A DNA stretch of 8,819 nucleotides from Candidatus Vampirococcus lugosii (GTDB taxonomy: Bacteria; Patescibacteriota; Gracilibacteria; Absconditabacterales; Absconditicoccaceae), in the NCBI RefSeq assembly GCF_018420025.1, contig NZ_JAEDAM010000055.1, forward strand, positions 1 to 8,819. Direction: 5' to 3'. Shown piece after piece: positions 6,998 to 8,819 of this stretch; the first letter of the stretch is position 1; every line of letters starts with the position of its first letter. The notes under the pieces were generated by a model. It was not told the origin of the DNA and ran no database searches. It worked only from the letters and a program-made list of their open reading frames with translations. The position numbers and the translations under genes were made by a program.

Positions 6998-8578
6998 ATG
7001 AAAAAAATATTATTTATATTTATTGTTATTTTGTTTTGAACAATATGAAAATCTTTTGCAAATTTGGTTGATGTTGTAGAAGAAAAACAAAATAAATTAA
7101 CTTCATCAGTATCTAATAAATATCAAAATTTACAAAATCTATATGAAAATAAAATAAATAAATTAAGTGAAAAAGAATATTATGATATATTAATAGAACT
7201 TGAACAAATAGATTTTTCTGAAATTAAAAAAGAAAATCTTGATAGATATTTTGAAATAGAAGATAAAATAATTAAAGATTTTAATTCTTTCAAAAATAGA
7301 AATAGAAATTTATCTAGAGATTTATCTTTTGATTTAATAGATCAAGATAGATTTGAAACACTTTTAGAATCTTTAAATAATGATATTGATTGAAATATTA
7401 AATATTATGAAGATTTAATAAATCAATATGAAAATAATTATAGTGATAAAATAAATAATTTGAAAAAAAAATATGAAAATATAGTTGACGAAAATCAAGA
7501 TAAAATTGATACTATATTTGATAATATATCAAAAATTGAAAATTTTATTGAAAAATTTAATAATCTCAAAAAAGATATAAATCATATAAATAAAGTTTAT
7601 ATGTGATCTTCATCTACTATTTATGATTTTATAGAAAGTTTTGAACAAGAAACCACTGCTTGACTACAAAAATCATTAAATTCTGAAATTGATAATTATT
7701 ACGATAAATATAAAAATTTTCAAAATTTTTTATGAGAAGATATTGAACAAAAAAAAGATTTATTATTGAAAGAATATAGTAAAGAAATTGATGAATATTT
7801 TCAATGATTGATTGATTGATTTTATTCAAAAAAAGATTATAATGATATTACTTCTTTTTATGAAGAAGTTATAAATAATTATTACAATGATGATGAAATT
7901 TCTTATTCATCAGTTATTGATTTAGATTTATCTTGATTGAATGATTATTCAAATTTAATTGATAAAAATTTGAATAGTATAGATACTAAATTAGACGAGT
8001 TTGATAATGCAAGTGATTATCAAGAGTTAAGAGAAAATTTAATTAATAGATCTGAAGATTTTTATGAATCAAAAAAAACTCAAAAAATAGAAGATATTAA
8101 AAAATATTTGGAAAAAGAACTTGAGTTTTTTATGTTAAAAAGTTCCAAAAATTTATCTATATATAATAATATAAATCAAGATATAGAAGAATTGGAAAAT
8201 TTGAGTACTTGAGAAAAGATAAATAAAATTGATAATATATTAAATTCTATAGAAAATAATCTTGATGAATTTATAGATTTGAATTTAAAAAAAGATTTGA
8301 AAGAACAAAAAAATAATCTATTAGTGAAACAAATAGATTATGAAATAATAAGTAGATGATTACTTAAATATGATATTCAATACTCAAATATATCAGAATT
8401 ATTGGAAAATATACTTAATAATATGTATCAAGAATATTGAGATAAAGAAGATTTTGTGATAAAAATAGAAACTGCTATAAATAATGCTAATGTTTTATTA
8501 CAACAAAATGATTTATGAAAATGAAATAAATATTTGTTGTTTAGAATAAAACAAGCTATGATTAAGTTTTTGAATTAA
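6998..8578 (+). CDS. Secreted/surface hypothetical protein, 526 aa, Sec-type signal peptide followed by a long Asn/Lys/Glu/Asp/Ile-rich predicted coiled coil
   Basis: The frame runs from ATG 6998 to the tandem TAA TAA at 8576-8581, with 14 in-frame TGA. It joins track ORFs 7064-7393 and 7937-8212, which share this frame. The N-terminus MKKILFIFIVILFGTIGKSFA|NLVDV has a KK n-region, a hydrophobic core and an S-F-A cleavage-type c-region. The rest is charged, heptad-like and low in complexity. I recognise no family. Confidence 0.8.
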
Positions 8579-8596
8579 TAACCTAAAAATATAAAA

Positions 8597-8819
8597 ATGT
8601 TTTCTTATAAAAATTATTCCAAAAAATGATTTACATTGATAGAAATGGTTTTAGTTACAATTATTTTGTCTTTGGTGTTTTTAGTAATAATATCTACATA
8701 TTTGGGGATGATAAGTTCTAGAGTACAAATACAAGCTAGACAAACTCTTACTGAAAATACATATTTTATGCTAGAGAGATTAAATGCTGTAGTATCAGAT
8801 TTTACTATAGATTATGAAG
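8597..8819 (+). CDS. Prepilin-type N-terminal cleavage/methylation domain protein (type IV pilin or pseudopilin-like), 3'-truncated by the window edge
   Basis: The translation is MFSYKNYSKKG|FTLIEMVLVTIILSLVFLVIISTYLGMISSRVQIQARQTLTENTYFMLERLNAVVSDFTIDYE. It has the class III signal peptide G/FTLIE with Glu5 and a hydrophobic alpha1-N helix. The cleavage-site Gly is the TGA at 8627-8629. The gene starts 18 nt after the upstream gene's first stop codon and runs off the window. Confidence 0.85.

Noticed and set aside
7629-7829. 66-aa minus-strand ORF in the track
   Set aside because: It is antisense to the 526-aa signal-peptide protein frame, which is open for 1.58 kb under table 25.

Overview
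This is a very AT-rich bacterial chromosomal window. It only reads coherently under NCBI translation table 25 (UGA = Gly, as in Absconditabacteria/SR1 and Gracilibacteria of the CPR/Patescibacteria). The supplied six-frame track uses the standard code, so it cuts every real gene at in-frame TGA codons. Several of its listed ORFs are antisense artefacts. Re-reading by hand with TGA = Gly and only TAA/TAG as stops gives nine CDS. They are: a 100-aa hyper-acidic Trp-rich repeat protein (223-525, +); tsaE (585-971, -); an 806-aa orphan with seven tandem 34-36-aa repeats and an unplaced C-terminal domain (1358-3778, +); trxB (4088-5017, +); a 129-aa orphan (5124-5513, -); lemA (5694-6254, -); clpP (6280-6870, -); a 526-aa signal-peptide coiled-coil protein (6998-8578, +); and the 5' part of a type IV pilin-like gene (8597-8819, +). 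By my hand count these carry 88 in-frame TGA codons. Where I can align them from memory, they fall on invariant glycines (TrxB GSGPAG, CDG and GGGDSA; ClpP SPGG, PLGG and HTGQ; the TsaE Walker A motif; the prepilin G|FTLIE site). Trp is encoded by TGG. I saw no rRNA, tRNA, CRISPR array, transposase or integrase. Three things deserve a second look: the small acidic W/D-repeat cassette, which is also a GC and codon-usage island; the 806-aa repeat protein; and the secreted coiled-coil plus pilin pair.
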